Shown: positions 37,950-53,001, counted from the stretch's first letter. The stretch: 64,000 nucleotides of DNA from Eledone cirrhosa (GCA_964016885.1 OZ024740.1:369272001-369336000), one strand, 5' to 3'. Notes: generated from the letters alone by a model not told the origin. Numbers and translations: made by a program.

Positions 37950-39260
37950 TTCACATGACGCCAGGAAAAATAACTAAATCAAAGATTCTTGTGTATAAGC
38001 TGAAACATCATGACAAGTGTATAAATTGTATGAAGAAATGCCTTGACCTGTTTTCGAGATTCTCAAAAGAGAGAAGAATGTTCAGGTAAATGTTCGAATA
38101 GTATTGTAATGCGAGGAAAAACGACAAATCAATCTAGCAACATCTCTACCAATGGCCTGCCTGTTTCTCTAGTTTCTTTCTAGAAAAGCAATAGAGACTA
38201 TTGGATAGATGAACATATAACATTTGTGATATTTTAACAAGGAACATGTAACCACGGAATATATCACCCGAATAAAACAAAGCAGCCTTGTGAACTCTCT
38301 GCACATAATATATCAGTGGTCCACAATGTGTTTCTTGTATCTGAACTGACAACAACATTTGAGCAACTCAACCAGAATTTAAATGAGATACGAGATATAG
38401 ATGTTGGGCCTGAAATGTTCTCTCCGACAACGGAAACGTCCACATCAACATAGCATAGAACACCTCTAATTGAAACGTAAAGAGGGGCTTGACTATAATC
38501 CAAACATTTGAGTGTAGCATCATATACCTCCGACAACATCTACGAACGACCATCTATAAAACAAGTCTCTCTACAGGCTGCAATAAGTCTATGGATAAGA
38601 CGACTGCTGTCAGAGTTATATGCATACGGAATGTAGTCTTGAATCAACAATCGGTATATTAGCTCTCACTTTGAAAAATATGCTTTTGCAATCGAAAAAC
38701 GGGAAATAAAGAAATACCTGATGCACAACGAGATAGAGAGGCAGAAAAAACACTTAGATCTGACAACAGGTGTAGACTCTGGGGAATAAAGAACGAGTAT
38801 GTCAACACTATAATAAGCAGCTGTCCAATGATGTCATCACGATACTATCTAGCTATAAGGCATGATGGATATTCAGTATAGTAAACATATAAAAGATTGC
38901 ATTGATGTGGGGGATATTTGCTGACATAATTAAAACAGTACTGATGAAATGTTCAAGTCAAAATCCCAGGAAAACGCAAATATCGCAGAACGGACATAGT
39001 GCTATGGGACAGAGAGAAACATAGGCATGCACATTAGTGAAAGGGTTCTGCCCAGCGGATGCCAATGTAATTCTAAAGATTTTTGAAAAGAACATTTAGT
39101 CTGAACTAACTGGAATCAGTAAATACTCCAGCCTGATTATACTTTTAAATTTTTTATTGTAAATAGTGGGCCTTTGTTTCTAATTGCCTCAGGACAAAAC
39201 TGACAAAGCTGACTTTCATGGGATAAGAAAGAACACTGCTAACTAGGATCTTGTTTCTGT
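37950..39260 (+). mobile_element. Highly degenerate RT-RLE fragment related to family A
   Basis: Co-linear with about 5010-6545 (atgaagaaa..ccttgacctg, caatctagcaaca, cagctgtcca.atgtcatc.cg.tactatct, cctgattatac); catacatacatac at 39337. Confidence 0.75.
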
Positions 39261-40108
39261 GTAACAGCCGGATCTTTCTCTCGTTCTCAATTCGTAGAAA
39301 TTCATATAATAGTAAAAGAAGAACATACAAAAATGCATACATACATACGAATATCTTGTACAGGCTCGCTGAAATTGTACTCAGCGGATTTACAGAGACG
39401 CTGAATATTGTAATCCCACATATATCATGAAAAAAATCCTAATCTTGGTCGGAATACCTCTGATCGTAAAGGTATGCATGCAATGTCTTCAACACTCTCA
39501 CGATAACCCTATGTTTTTAACGCTCTATCTAGGATGCACTTATTCATTGTCTAATTTCGAATATAAAATGGTGGCCATTTCTAAGATTTCCATAGATCTA
39601 CATCTCCTTGACAACGAAATCTATTAAACCATGTTCTTGATACATCACATGTAATTGATCGGTAGCAGCCAAAGATTCGTACGTACTCGTACATTCTCGT
39701 ACATTGATAAACACACACACAAACAGACAAAATATGGAAAGACATACGAATACATACATACATACATACATATATTGTAAGTATTAATGTTAGCTAATTG
39801 ATATTTAGCCGTAATGCTATCTGTTAACAGTTGGTTATACGAATTATAATTTACTTCAAAAATATTTTTGGTTTTGTCAGAAGAAACGAAAGTATTTGTA
39901 GAGTGTTTAAAATTGGAAATCATGTTAAAGAGTTTTGATTGAAAATGATTGTTCTAGTTACGGAATTGTATTTCACTAATTAAGTTAACTAGGTCTATTT
40001 CGAAGTTGGCTATGTCCTTAACTCAACACTGTCAATGAAAACTAAATTACCAACTCTAATGGTAATAGAGTAAATCAAGGATTCAGTTGCAGGAAGCCGG
40101 AAGTATGC

Positions 40109-40186
<78 letters not shown>

Positions 40187-40393
40187 TTAAGTCGTTTGGA
40201 AGCCTCGACAATGCAAATGGATAAATCTCCGGGTAACAAGATCCGGTGGTGGAGAGAGAGATGTAAGTGGGTGTACGTTAAGATGTGTGGTGTGTATAAG
40301 ATGTGTGAGATATGTAGAATGAAGGGAAGAGTATAAAGGATAACATTAAAATAACAACACAAGAGAGAGTTACCTTGGGAGAGATTGAATAGT

Positions 40394-40429
40394 CCCTATA
40401 TATTTCGGATTCACATCCATCAACTGGGG
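40394..40429 (-). ncRNA. Hammerhead-like motif in left pLTR (variant core)
   Basis: Reverse complement of 42361-42396. Confidence 0.5.
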
Positions 40430-40833
40430 TTTTTTCCGGGGTGGGGGAAAAGGTTGTCTGTCGGACAGGTGAGGAACGCGTCCTCCGCTGTTTATTGTTT
40501 TGAATATCTGAGGTATTCGGCAGAGCGCGTGTGCGCGTGAAATGGGGTCGGTCGGGCAGAGGTCAGCGGCCGAATGAGGGAGTGGGATGACGCTAGCTGT
40601 CAGTCCTTTCTCTGCATGTTTGTTACATGTTACTCTGTGTGTGTGTGCGTGTGTCGTTGTCTCGCTTGAGTGTGTGTGTGTGTGCATGTGTTGTTGCATT
40701 TTTCCTCTGTATTGGCAGTGTAATATTTTCGTATGGTGGAATGCTACTGTGTGTGCGCGTCTGTGTGTGTAGTTGTCTCGTTTGTGTGTGTGTGTGTGTG
40801 CGTGTGTTGTGTGTTGCTGCATCGTTTGTTAAC

Positions 40834-42051
40834 TTAAACCAGCCATCTCATTTCGCTTCTCTCTGATCGGTTGTTTATTTGCGTTTGCAGGCGTTTGATA
40901 AAAAGCGCTTCCTTGATACGTAACGTGCCGACGTTTCTTTCAGTCGCTAGAATTGTGACAATGGGCCTTCTGTCTTTGTTTCCGCATTTGTCTATGTGTT
41001 TCCGGAAAGACGAGGCCCTGGTTTTAGTGTGTTCCTTGACCGAATGTGCAAAGGTAGGATTGTGCTACCTATGTATTATTGGTTGCACCTGTCACATTCT
41101 ATCTTATAAACGACGTATGTGCGTCGGTAACAGTTCGCATGGCGTATCGGGCAGTCTCTGAGGGAGCATGCATCAGTAGATTGTTCGGGTTTCCTGGAGG
41201 GGCATCTTCGCAGGGAGGGGCCCTATTGGGCCAGGTGGATGTCGAGGCCTCCCCTCCGTATAGCCTTGTGATAGCGTTGGTGGTATTCTCGCCCAGGTGT
41301 GGCATTTTAAGGAAGCACTTGCATTGGGTGTCTCTCTGTCTGTTGCGTCTGGTGTCTCCTATTCTGTCTGTGATCGAGGTAGGGTACCCGTTCGTCTCCA
41401 GCACCTCGAGGAATCGCTTGGTATGATTGACACCACTTGCGGGATTGCTGCATCTGTTTTTGATTCGCGCGATCTCGTTCGTGATGTATCCTCTTTTGGC
41501 ACTGTTAGGGAGGGCGGACTTGTAGTGAACGAACAGGTCCCTGCAGGCTGCCTTTCGGTAGAAGTTGCAGTGGATCCTTCCCTGTTCCGTGATATTGATA
41601 CGGAAGTCGAGGAGTGCAAGTGACCCGTCTTCGTTGGGGTGTTCAACACTGAAGTCAATGTCCTCGTCCGTGTTGTTGAACGTCTCATAGATTCTGTTCG
41701 CCGTGTCTTGGGAAGATGTGAGGATGAGGATATCGTCCACATACCTTGAGAAAAAGGCTACGGCGTTGGGGTGGCAGGCGTTGAGTGCCTTGCGTTCGAG
41801 GTTGTCTATGTAAGAGATCGCTAGCACACCTGATAGGCTTGATCCCATGGGCAATCCTGAGGTTTGTTGGTATGTTTGGTCAAGGAATCCGAAGTAGGTG
41901 TTGTCGACGACGATGGATAGGAGTTGGTGGATGTCAGTGGTGGTGAGCCCGAAGCAGTGTAGGTCAGTGGATTGGACGCGTTCCATCAGTATATTGACGG
42001 CCGGGAGTGCCGGGACCGAGGTGTAGAGAGCGACTACATCAAGGCTGAAGG
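40834..42051 (-). pseudogene. Penelope RT + GIY-YIG endonuclease (frameshifts and a stop)
   Basis: FSLDVVALYTSVP, YQQTSGLPMGSSLS, RYVDDILIL, LALLDF, YRK..VHYKS, NGYP; then CSLRDCP..C linker, VVYKIECDRCNQ*YIGST, KEH, LRIKEALFIK..QIN. Confidence 0.92.
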
Positions 42052-42360
42052 CATACGAACATACTACACTGCAAATACAGAGGAACAAGGCAACAACACA
42101 CGCACACACACACACACTCAAGCGAGACAACGACACACGCACACACACACACACAGTAACATTTAACAAACAGGCAGAGAAAGGACTGACAGCTAGCCTC
42201 ATCCCACTCCCTCATTCGGCCGCTGACCTCTGCCCGACCGACCCCATTTCACGCGCACACGCGCTCTGCCGAATACCTCAGGTATTCAAAACAATAAACA
42301 GCGGAGGATGCGTTCCGCACCTGTCCGACAGACAACCTTTTCCCCCACCCCGGAAAAAAA

Positions 42361-42396
42361 CCCCAGTTGATGGATGTGAATCCGAAATATATAGGG
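42361..42396 (+). ncRNA. Hammerhead-like motif in right pLTR (variant core CAGTTGA)
   Basis: ccc-CAGTTGA-t-GGATgtgaATCC-GAAA-TATA-TA-ggg. Confidence 0.55.
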
Positions 42397-42650
42397 ACTA
42401 TTAAATCTCTCCCAAGGTAACTCTCTCTTGTGTTGTTATTTTTATTTTATCCTTTATACTCTTCCCTTCATTCTACATATCTCACACATCTTATACACAC
42501 CACGCATCTCAACGTACACCCACTTACATCACTCTCTCCACCACCGGATCTTGTTACCCGGAGATTTACCCATTTGCATGTCGAGGCGTCCAAACGATTT
42601 AAAGATATTTACTTATTATTCCACAATGCTTCAAGTAAACTTCAATACCT

Positions 42651-42774
<124 letters not shown>

Positions 42775-44589
42775 ATTTACTTTATTTAATTAACTGATTG
42801 CATAAATGGCTGCAGCTTCCACTCCACTAATTGTTCCCTCAACATATCTACATAATGGTATTCAAAACACAGTACCATTAAGATAGTATGTTCACACAAT
42901 GTATACATATGTGTATAGGTGTCTGCATCTGCAGAAGTACATGTGCACGTGTAATGAAAAATATCGTATTTCGGTGCACCAGTTCGCATGCAGAAATACT
43001 TGTTTACCGATTTAGTGTAGTGAAGAAACGAAAGATATTGAGGCTCATTTCTCAACCTAGGGGAAATGAAATAAGAATACAAGGCACAAAACTGATTACT
43101 TCATAATGTTTGAGGTTCAGAAAATCTTAATACGATTGGGAAAACATAATCAATAATATAAATCCAAAAACCATGAATTTGTCGAATAACATCGTTTTGC
43201 TGTTTAATTCCCAGCCTAATCCATAAACTCTGGGAATGGAAAAACATATCAGGTGCTTTCAGATAGTTTTCGTTCTGTAATTTTTATTTATCTTCTTGTT
43301 GTTACTATATTTTCTGTTTTCATTGAAAGAGAATTCTGTGAAATTTAGATTTATGCATTGTTTGACTATTCAAGCGAATTTAATTTAGCTTCCCGATACT
43401 TCTTGAAGATTTGGGGAATGCATTGATTTGCATGACTGGCATATATATATAGCTTCCTTTCAATGGAAAACGAAAGGACCACTTATGTCTACACTGAGTA
43501 ACACGTGGTATACGTAGAAAAACCTTCTTAAATAGCGATGTAAATACACAAAACAGTCATGTAAATACAATACGCTGAAAACCTACAGATGTACAAAACC
43601 ACATATATATAAAGACTTTGATGTCTCTCTCTCTATACATATATATATATATATATACGCACACAAACACGTACATACACATACACATGAACACACACAT
43701 ACACACATACACACACACACACATACTTATATATATATATGCATAATTATATATATATATTCGATTCTAATATGCTCCTTCTGTTCTGTTGAGTTTGGAG
43801 ATCTATAAGTTCCGAAGTTTTTTCTCTTTTATTTTGCACATATTATTTGACCTCCTTTCGTTGCAGCCATTCACTGAGACTCATGATATCAAAGAGTTGC
43901 TTTTCCTCTCAGCATTTGAAGTTTCCGGCAATCCATCATCCTTCTCCACTAAATCTCCATGTACTTCCAATCGAATCATTATATTATATCGATGGATTTA
44001 TATGTTTGGCTTAGTAATACATTACTTCCTACAGCATGGAAAGCATAAAATTGTAGAAAATAATGTAGAACTTTACACGCCATTGCATCCAATTTTTACA
44101 CGCCTTCCTTCCAATTTCCTTCAGTTATTGAAGTGTCATATAATTCCCCATACCCTCTTTAGAAATATTTCTGCTTGAACAATTGTCAATTAATCAACTA
44201 TTTTCATCTCTTCATTGAGTAATTTGTTGATGACAAAAGCTATTACTTCTTACTTCGCATCTTATTCCGGTGACACCAGCGTACTTGGCGCCAAGATCCA
44301 ATTGTGTTGTGTTCAAACAGTCTATTCGTCTTTGGAATGTTTGAAATCTATTTTAGCATATATATAAGTTTTCGCAAGACACTTATTTAATTCTATTCAA
44401 CGTAACATAGTAGCTACCACGTGCATGGCACTTGCTGCAATAGTTGTAGGTTGCAGAGGGTGTGATGTCTCATCGTAATATGAAAGCGCGCACATTCCTC
44501 AAAATATATTTAGAGTTGTTACTTTTATAGTTAATGACGGTTGCAAATATTTTCAATCTTGCTCATTATTACACAGGTTCTTTGGAACT

Positions 44590-45110
44590 CTTGCACTTAA
44601 TTAAGCCTCCTGCCTTCCATCACTCGTGAAAAGTGCCCCGAGGTAAATTAACTTCTCTAGCTGCTTCACCACTTCAATGTAACTCCACTTACATGTAGCA
44701 TGCATTGCGCAGGGTTCTTTGAGAGGATGAGTGTCTCAGTTTTTGCAGCACTGATTTTCATTCCAGCCATGCAGCACTCGGCATCAAACCTATCAAGTGC
44801 ATATCAAATGCCATCTTTTGCCGAGATAAGTAATAAGAAGTCGTCTGCAAATTCCGCACGCCACTCATGACACCACTTCCAAACCGAATACACATGTCAA
44901 TCCTGTTCAACTATATAATGTACAGGATAGGTGAAATCGTACACCCATGATTGAGCCCGACGGCCATTTTGAATGGTTTCAATTTAGCAGCATTTATCCG
45001 AACACAAATCTCAACGACTGCTCGAACAATAGTTTGCAGTCCTGTGAGGCGTGGAATCGCCGGAAAAGGATAGCGTATCTTGAGACCCCAAAGTGGGTCC
45101 GGAAAGGAGC
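44590..45110 (-). mobile_element. RTE-clade RT fragment
   Basis: VRINAAKLKPFKMAVGLNHGCTISPILY..FADDFLL..ALDRFDAECCMAGMKISAAKTE..YLGALFTSDG. Confidence 0.75.
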
Positions 45111-46364
45111 AGAACTTAACAGCTGGAACCAGGAATATCACAACCATTACAGGTAAGAAGCAGGAATTACAGGCTACATGAAGTCAATGTTTCATTAACA
45201 AAATCCATAGTTCTGGTACGGCACAGGCGTTACTGGGGATACATACAAGCCCCATGCACCCAGAATGTGATATAGACTGAATCCCGTTAAAAGAGAGAAT
45301 TTGCCTCTTGAAAGCTTAGGCTGAACGATAGGTCTCTGTTTGTGGTGCAAGTTTAAGCATTACACAAGGAGTCCAAATACAGATCGGAAAAACTTAAAAT
45401 TTCTTTTACGTTGACAAAAAAAATATGATGATGAAGACGATGATGATTATGAGGATAATGAGGATTATGATGACTGCAAGCACGATGCTGACAACAACAG
45501 CAATAACAACTACAGCAGCAAAAGATGACGTTTATGAATTCTTGATAGTTTGAAATATTCCTCTCAGCATGTAATTATAATTCTTAAAGTATCCGTATAT
45601 ATGTGTTTCATATAATTTCTATCCATTCTACTACTGAGGATATGAGACATTATACCACTTGAATTACATACAATGAAACAGTGATATAATTATCTCGAAA
45701 ATATTTGATATGGTATTATCATTCTTCTACGTGGTGTGTGCTTTATAAGTGGTTAATATGATTCTCTATTACATTCCATAATGCACCTAACATTCAACAA
45801 GATTAAACCGGTAGACAGTACACCACACAGGTCGTGTCACAAAGGCTTAATATAACGCCTCTTGTTATGATACGATTTGTGGACCGTGGAATGAAAAGAT
45901 CAATGTCACATGCTTTTGATAAAGCAAATTGCTCTTATTTGTATCAAATAAAAATAATTTTAATTCCTATTAATTCAGATAATACGGATCAGTTCATTTG
46001 TAAATTGAATTTACGTTATATTTTATTGATTTATGCAATTATATTTTAGAGACTCAATCTTAATTAAGTCCAATGTGCACTCTGAATTTATATGTGCTTT
46101 ATATAATTTTTTCTGTTAACTTTTAGAATTTAGAAAACTCTCTCACACATTATAATTTCCAATCACATCCATTCTTTCTACCTTGCATCTAGCGTTAAAA
46201 GCTGACACCTTCCCCACTCTTTCTAAATCATTCACTGTTGCATTTTTACATATCGATCTCGCAGAGAAATTCTCTCTGCTCTACTTATTCCCTTGCGATT
46301 ACAAACATCCTTCTCTGCACTTACTAAACACGCAAATGCCTAATGTCATTTTTTTGCACTCTGC

Positions 46365-46365
<1 letters not shown>

Positions 46366-46431
<66 letters not shown>

Positions 46432-46480
46432 TCCTTCTTTCCTTTTTCTTCCTTTCTTCCTTCCTTTCTTTCTTTCTCTC
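46366..46480. repeat. (CTTT)n tract
   Basis: Directly visible. Confidence 0.95.
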
Positions 46481-47084
46481 ACACTCTCTCCGTCTCTGTC
46501 GAGCCCTATTTCTCTCTCCATCTTTCTCTCCCTCGCTATCACTTCATGGAATACTATTTTCTCTAGGGTTTCTTCTGACACATGTGTGTATTTCCAAATT
46601 TTTCTACTCTTTTTCTACGTTTTTCTTCTTGTGTTCCTTTTCTACTTTCGGTCCCTTCACATCTCTCCCTCTACGTTACTCATTCTTGCTTTTTTCTGAT
46701 ACACTGCCAACTTGTTCCTCTCTTTGATATACTCTTTTGTGATTGTAGTTTTTATTCCTTCTTTTTTTTTTCCATAAATTCTTCTTCGCATGTTCATTAT
46801 TTCTAATAACATCCACCCTCATTCTTATATTTTTACGATTTTTAATCACCTGTTTATTTCATCAATGTCACAATATCCAATCTATTAAACCCCAAAATGA
46901 GACATGAACACAATTTATTTCATATATTAATATCCTGCAATTACTATCGTACACGTACACATTCTCTATTTAGACAAACAGACACCCATGCAATATTTCT
47001 TAACCGCTCTTGACTATTCCCTCGTGTATTTTGTTTCTTGTTTTATAGTATATTTATTGTTCTCCTTGCAACTTCTGATTTTGA

Positions 47085-47100
47085 GTCTCTCTCTCTCTCC

Positions 47101-47182
<82 letters not shown>
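47085..47182. repeat. (CT)n microsatellite
   Basis: Directly visible. Confidence 0.95.
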
Positions 47183-47185
<3 letters not shown>

Positions 47186-47989
47186 ACACACACAGCTTCA
47201 CACTCATTTCACTCTAATAAATATATTTTCTCCCATCACAGGGATTTAATAATGAGATTTTATTCAACCATCAATCCCTAGTTATCATTGTCTGAGTTGT
47301 TTATTCGCGGGTGTTGTTGTTGTTATTGTTAATATTGCTGCTGGTTTGTTTCAGGTTGCAAAGAATCACAAACATTAAAATATTCGTTTTATAATCATCA
47401 TATTTCATTCATGTTGTTCTCCCTCTTTGTGGTTAATTATTTCTTAGATATCCTCTGGTCTATTATTTCCTCTTCCAATACAGATTTAAACATTGTCTCG
47501 TTTCTCTCTGACACATAATTATATACTCAGCTCATTTTTAAATGAACATACTCGACCAATCTGATAACACCTCACAAATCTTCAGCTTTCGTTAATTACA
47601 GTCTATCAATATCCCCCTATATGTGAACCACACCGAAGGTAGTCATTAAATTCCTTGTCTTTCTATCCAGTTCAATTTACTCATTTACATTTCATTTATT
47701 AATACCCGCACTGTACGTAACAACAGACACAGCTCGTGAATTTATTGCGCTTATGACTTTTCCTACTATTAACATGTGTGTGTGTTTTTTTTCTTACTTC
47801 TTCTGATATATTCATATCTTATTTCCATGTTATTGTCCTTGGTGTTATCTACCCAGATGAATATAGCATTCTTAGGTTTCAATCACCTTTAACATCGCAC
47901 CCGTTGTTATCTGGATTTCTATGCATCTATTCAATTTACCTCTCCACAGCACTAGGCTTTCATACGTATTAATAATAAATTCCGTATAA

Positions 47990-48752
47990 ATATCATTGGT
48001 GAAATTACGAAACAGTATTAACAAGTACATCTAAGTAATTCTCGTTCTTCGCCAAACTGTTGATCATCCAAAAAGAGGAGATCGTTGATAGTAAGCTCTC
48101 CTCTACCCACTTCGTATCCAGCCTACACCATTCGCAATACGAGGGACAGGGGTATGAGTGTAAGGAAAAATAATAAAAAGCACGGACATCTCCTAGAAAC
48201 TTACCTCTCTTGATTTTTCACTCACCAGAGGATTCTTCCTCGGTGTTATCTAAATCTCCTAGTTCTTCAAGCTCTTACTTAATAGCAATCTGATGTTGTC
48301 TGCCACCTTGCAGAATATCTAAGTACTTGGTTATCCAAGAAAAAACAACGAAATCGAATAACTTCTTGTAATCTATTCATCCTAAGGCAAGACCAGAATG
48401 CCTAATCTTGCAGTTCAGGATTCGCTCTATCGGTAGAGACTCAGACACCATGCTTTGCAGCATAGAGTTATGTCCATTTACGTTTGAGTTCAAATCATGC
48501 CGAGCTTAACTTTGCCTTCCATCTTTAGGGGTCGATAAAATAAAGCACCAGTAATGCACTGGTGTAATTGCTGGCCTTGAGCCAAAAGTAGAAACAATTA
48601 TTATGATCTTCTAAATAAGGAGTTTATCTTTTGTGCCGCGGGACATTTTCGGCATTCTTTCTGTTCCTCCAGCAATAACTTGTTTATATTGAGGTGATGG
48701 TAGATTTCCTCAGAAATACTACTTGTTACCAATTTTCACATTAAGGACAGAC
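47990..48752 (-). mobile_element. Old family-B-related RT fragment interrupted by a SINE
   Basis: Co-linear with about 15715-16290 (gatagtaagctctcc, ttggttatccaagaa, gtgccgcgggac..ttcggcat, gatttcctcaga). Confidence 0.72.
48465..48605 (+). mobile_element. SINE, same family as 11090-11220
   Basis: gagttcaaatc..gccgag.ttaactttgcctt.catc..ggggtcgat...aattgctggccttg.gccaaa.gtagaaacaattatta. Confidence 0.8.
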
Positions 48753-48787
48753 ATATATATATGTGTGTGTGTGTGTGTGTGCTTACT

Positions 48788-48982
48788 TACATATTGCGTC
48801 TATGTACCATAATCTGGTGCAAAGAAATTAGATCGATAATATAAATAATAGATTGCGACATATGTAAAGGAATGTATATATATATATATACATCTATATA
48901 TATATATATATATATGAATATACACATACACACTCGCACACACACATATACATATATATATATATAGAGAGAGAGAGATTTA

Positions 48983-49051
<69 letters not shown>

Positions 49052-49449
49052 GTGTGTGTGGGTGTATGCATATACATATATATACATACATATATATATC
49101 AACTAGAGATAGATTGACATATATATATATATATAAAATAAACATATGAAACAATCACAGGGAATAATTTGTAAAGAATGTAAGCACACATTGTTAGGTA
49201 GGTAACTAATTACAGTTTAACTAAAACTTCAAATATAGATACCTTTTTAAATGATTAATCTCCTTTGTATATATTTCTTTAAGTAAGAAATATATTTCAC
49301 CTATTAATCCGTAAATCACAGCAGTTAAATTCTTGGATGTTCACCAAAGGAGAAGAAGCATTCCCTTACATATGTCGCAATCTATTATTTATATATATCG
49401 ATCTAATTTCTTTGAAGCACCAGGTTACAGTACATATTCGGAATATGAA
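48788..49449. repeat. ~87-bp inverted repeat (48788-48874 / 49359-49449) around a microsatellite-rich spacer
   Basis: aaagaaattagatcgata..ataaataatagattgcgacatatgtaa / ttacatatgtcgcaatctattatttat..tatcgatctaatttcttt. Confidence 0.8.
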
Positions 49450-50909
49450 CATAAGCAGAAGCATAGGTACACGCGTCGAAAGAAATATACCTGCAAAAGA
49501 CACGCACATCGTTGCCCTAGTTTCTATTTTTGTTGACGTCATTTTCTACCAATATATAAGGCGCATGAAGTATTTTCCGTAACTCTTCTCTTCCCTCTAT
49601 AAGGAATCACTACTGTATCTTTTTTCTAAATCCAGATAATCTTGCGAGTGTACTGCGTAATTGTTAAAAAATCCGAAAAGACAGCCACTCACTGATAAAT
49701 ATTGTATTAGAGACGTTGGCAATATCTCATAAATATACTGACTCTTGATTATGTTCTTCGTTTTTAAATATGTATATAAATGCATTAATATACATGACGT
49801 ATTTAATGGATGTATAAGAAAAGGGAATTTTGTAACAGTTCACCATGAATATCTATATAGTATAAAAGCAAAACAGATTTCACCACGAAGGCTTTGATGT
49901 CATTTATCTATTGTTATAGACACACCAGCTAAACCCGAAACGTAGAGGATGTTGCGGTATTGGAGGAAAATTCATCGATAATAGACAGTTTATCTGTATG
50001 TGACTGCGATCTAATAAGTCCAGTGACCTTTCTCTTCTTTTTTAAATTGTATCGATGTGTAATAGTAGTAGCATCATTCCAGACACAATAGCATGAACCA
50101 ATCCTAACATTGTGAGTTACTTACTTTTAAAGGAACTTACATTAAAGTTCGTCAAATAGACCGTACTTGTATTTAAATAGGCCGTACTGAATATCCCTTA
50201 ATTTTACGTTAAATTTACGCCTGTCTTTAGAAAACTTAGGCACACATTCGTCAATTTATCGTGTAGCCAATTACATTGGCTGAACAACTGAAACAATAGG
50301 CGATGAATTCAAAGTAGATATTGATATCAGTAAAGAATTAATAACCATACTTGTATATTAATTGTAACAACAATTCAATCATTTTATTTTTTTGACAACG
50401 AAAATAAAAAAATAAATGAAGTTGATTCTTGATTGGTGTTGACATTGAACAAAATATTGAACGGAATATTGACGGCAGCATGAGTAAGAGACAGAGAAAG
50501 AAATATAAAAAGGAAGTGAGAGAGTGAATGAGAGGAAGGGGGAGGATTGTGCCGTCAGAACAATAGCTATTTTAGCAAAGTCGAAAAAATGAACAATGAT
50601 TAGATTCAGTAGGTGCTCAACTGTTTTAATTTTCCTATAACAACGTGTTATCACATTGAAGCTGTCAGCTATTAATCTTGTCTTAACGTATTCATCCCTT
50701 CATTGTATCTATGAATCTCAGTGTATGATTTAAAACACTCATGATAAACTAGATTCTGGTCAAGATACAGTACTGTTATTCATAAGAACTAAATATTTAC
50801 ATGTACATATACACGACCTGTGATTTAAATTAAACGATGGCGGTTGGAATTGCAAATAGAAAAGAATTAGTAACTTGCGCTGTATATTTTCCTCCACAAA
50901 ATATAGTCT

Positions 50910-51005
50910 AATAATGGTTCCTGATTTAGACACAACACAAACAATTTTGGAGCCGGAGAAAGTCTATTAAATATACCATGGTGTGTTGTTAGTACTTTAT
51001 TTTTT
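50910..51005 (-). mobile_element. Degenerate SINE 3' part
   Basis: Minus strand aataaagtac...aaaattg.ttgtgttgtgtctaaatcaggaaccatta resembles the tail of the 11090 family. Confidence 0.4.
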
Positions 51006-53001
51006 CGTGCACGGCCCTAAAATATTCTAATAATAACTGGGCGTTGGTAACATCGGCTAGCACACTTATGACGAAAAGAATACTGTATCCACGCATGCTG
51101 ATTCCTCTATTTCCCGTATGGGAGGATTCCACGCCCTTTTATAGTTATACTAATTTCTGTTGTAAAATATACGGCGCAAGCTACTGGTTCCAATAAGGAA
51201 AATGCGAAGTTTAGTGAATATATTTAACAATCCTTTAGTAACAAAGCTGTGATACAGATTTCAATGGCGATACTGGTTACACTCAACAAATCACGATCTC
51301 ATCACAGAATATCTTGTGTAATGAGGTTACATTTCTGATGAGGCAATCAAATTTAAAGTATAGGGAAAAGGCAAGACTGTGTTCATAGTCGAAGTTCGTA
51401 CACTTATTAACTGTAGTCCCAATCCATAGATTTGCACAGGCGTGGAGGTGGAGGACTGACTGACCATCCGTCTATCACCATTTCCCTATAGTAGTAAGAG
51501 CTTCAGAGACAAGCTTATCTCTACTACAGTCGGTGAGCTATTACGGTCACAGAGTCCAGCTCAGCCTAAGATATTTTCAATTTATGCAGGCTCTCCTCCA
51601 GTAGACGCCAGTAGCAGTATATCAAAAGTCCTGCTGTGGTAGACATGTATCTCCCCACATAATAGCACTATTTTATGGAGGGACAACGCTTTGACCGTAA
51701 AAGCTCATGTTTTTTTGTTTATCTTTTACCAAACAAGAGATATTTATTCCCGAAGCAGGCTTTAAAATCCTTGAGGATTACATATCTAGGAAAAAGGAAG
51801 TTAAAAGCAAAATTCAGTATTGAGAAAAAGAGGAGAGGGAAAGTAGGGCAGATCTAGATGTATGGTAATGTAGAGGAAAGGACTATACATGTCAGGAAAG
51901 GAGATAAAATGCAAAGATTCTAGGGCCACAGAAGAAAAGGAGAGAAAGTGGAGAGGATGAATGGCTCTGGGCCTAGGGATCGGACAAAACTAGATAGGCA
52001 TTTCCAAGGAGAATGGACAGCGATATCCACTGAAACGGTCACCCAACCATGCGGGGCTTCTTCCTCAAATGGATTGCTTAGGATCTGATCTTGTGGGAGA
52101 GCTGGCCAATAACGGGTTCGAGGACACAGCCAGATAATACCCGGTATTATTTTGTCGTAGAATAATATAGGGCCTAGAAATTAGAATTCCCCAATGAAAA
52201 TTAAAAAATTAAACTTCAGAATTACTAACTAAAAATAAATATGCAAATAAAATACTTGGGAAGTTGTATAAATTAGAAATTAGGGTTTAACATTGAACAT
52301 TAAATATTCGAAACTAACGATTATCATTTAAATTTCCCTGCTTATTCCGTCACTGGTTTCCAGTGTTTTCCTATCTGAGCTTATTAGTTTCTCTACCCAT
52401 CTCTCGTGTAGGAAACTATTTAATTTCATAACTCGTAGATTTCAGTTGTTAATCATTTATACTGCTTCTGAAAATGAACAATATTTAATAATGTTTCGTT
52501 ATACAAAATATTTTTAATTCTTAACTTCATTGGAATAACATGAGCAATAAGTAAGGAATCACTTGAAAAGCTATTATATGGTTTAAAGAAATCTCCCATC
52601 GTTATATATGCTCTGTGCCGAAATATGTCCCCAAATTCGTTTATTCTTTTAAGAACATCGCTTCTGAATTTCGGTTTCTGTTTTATAACAAACACATTCA
52701 GCTTGAAAATATGATTACTTGGATGTATTAGATTTCTTCAAATGAACTCCATATATATATCGAAGACCGCCTTCGGTCACGAATGACCATGCGATTTGCA
52801 CCCAGAAAGTCTCCCTCCGAGGCACCACGCCTCATTTATTCACTTAAACAATTGAAACTTGCGTATGCGTGTGTGTTATATATATATATATATATTGCTT
52901 ATTTTGCCTCCCTTTAGCCTTCTCTATTTGATTTATTTAATTTAATTTAAATTTTTCTGAAATTCATCTTTATTTTTATATTCACTTATCTGTGTGTGTG
53001 T

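Noticed and set aside
52453-52695. 80-aa non-repetitive ORF as a host exon
   Set aside because: No recognisable homology and no convincing splice donor.
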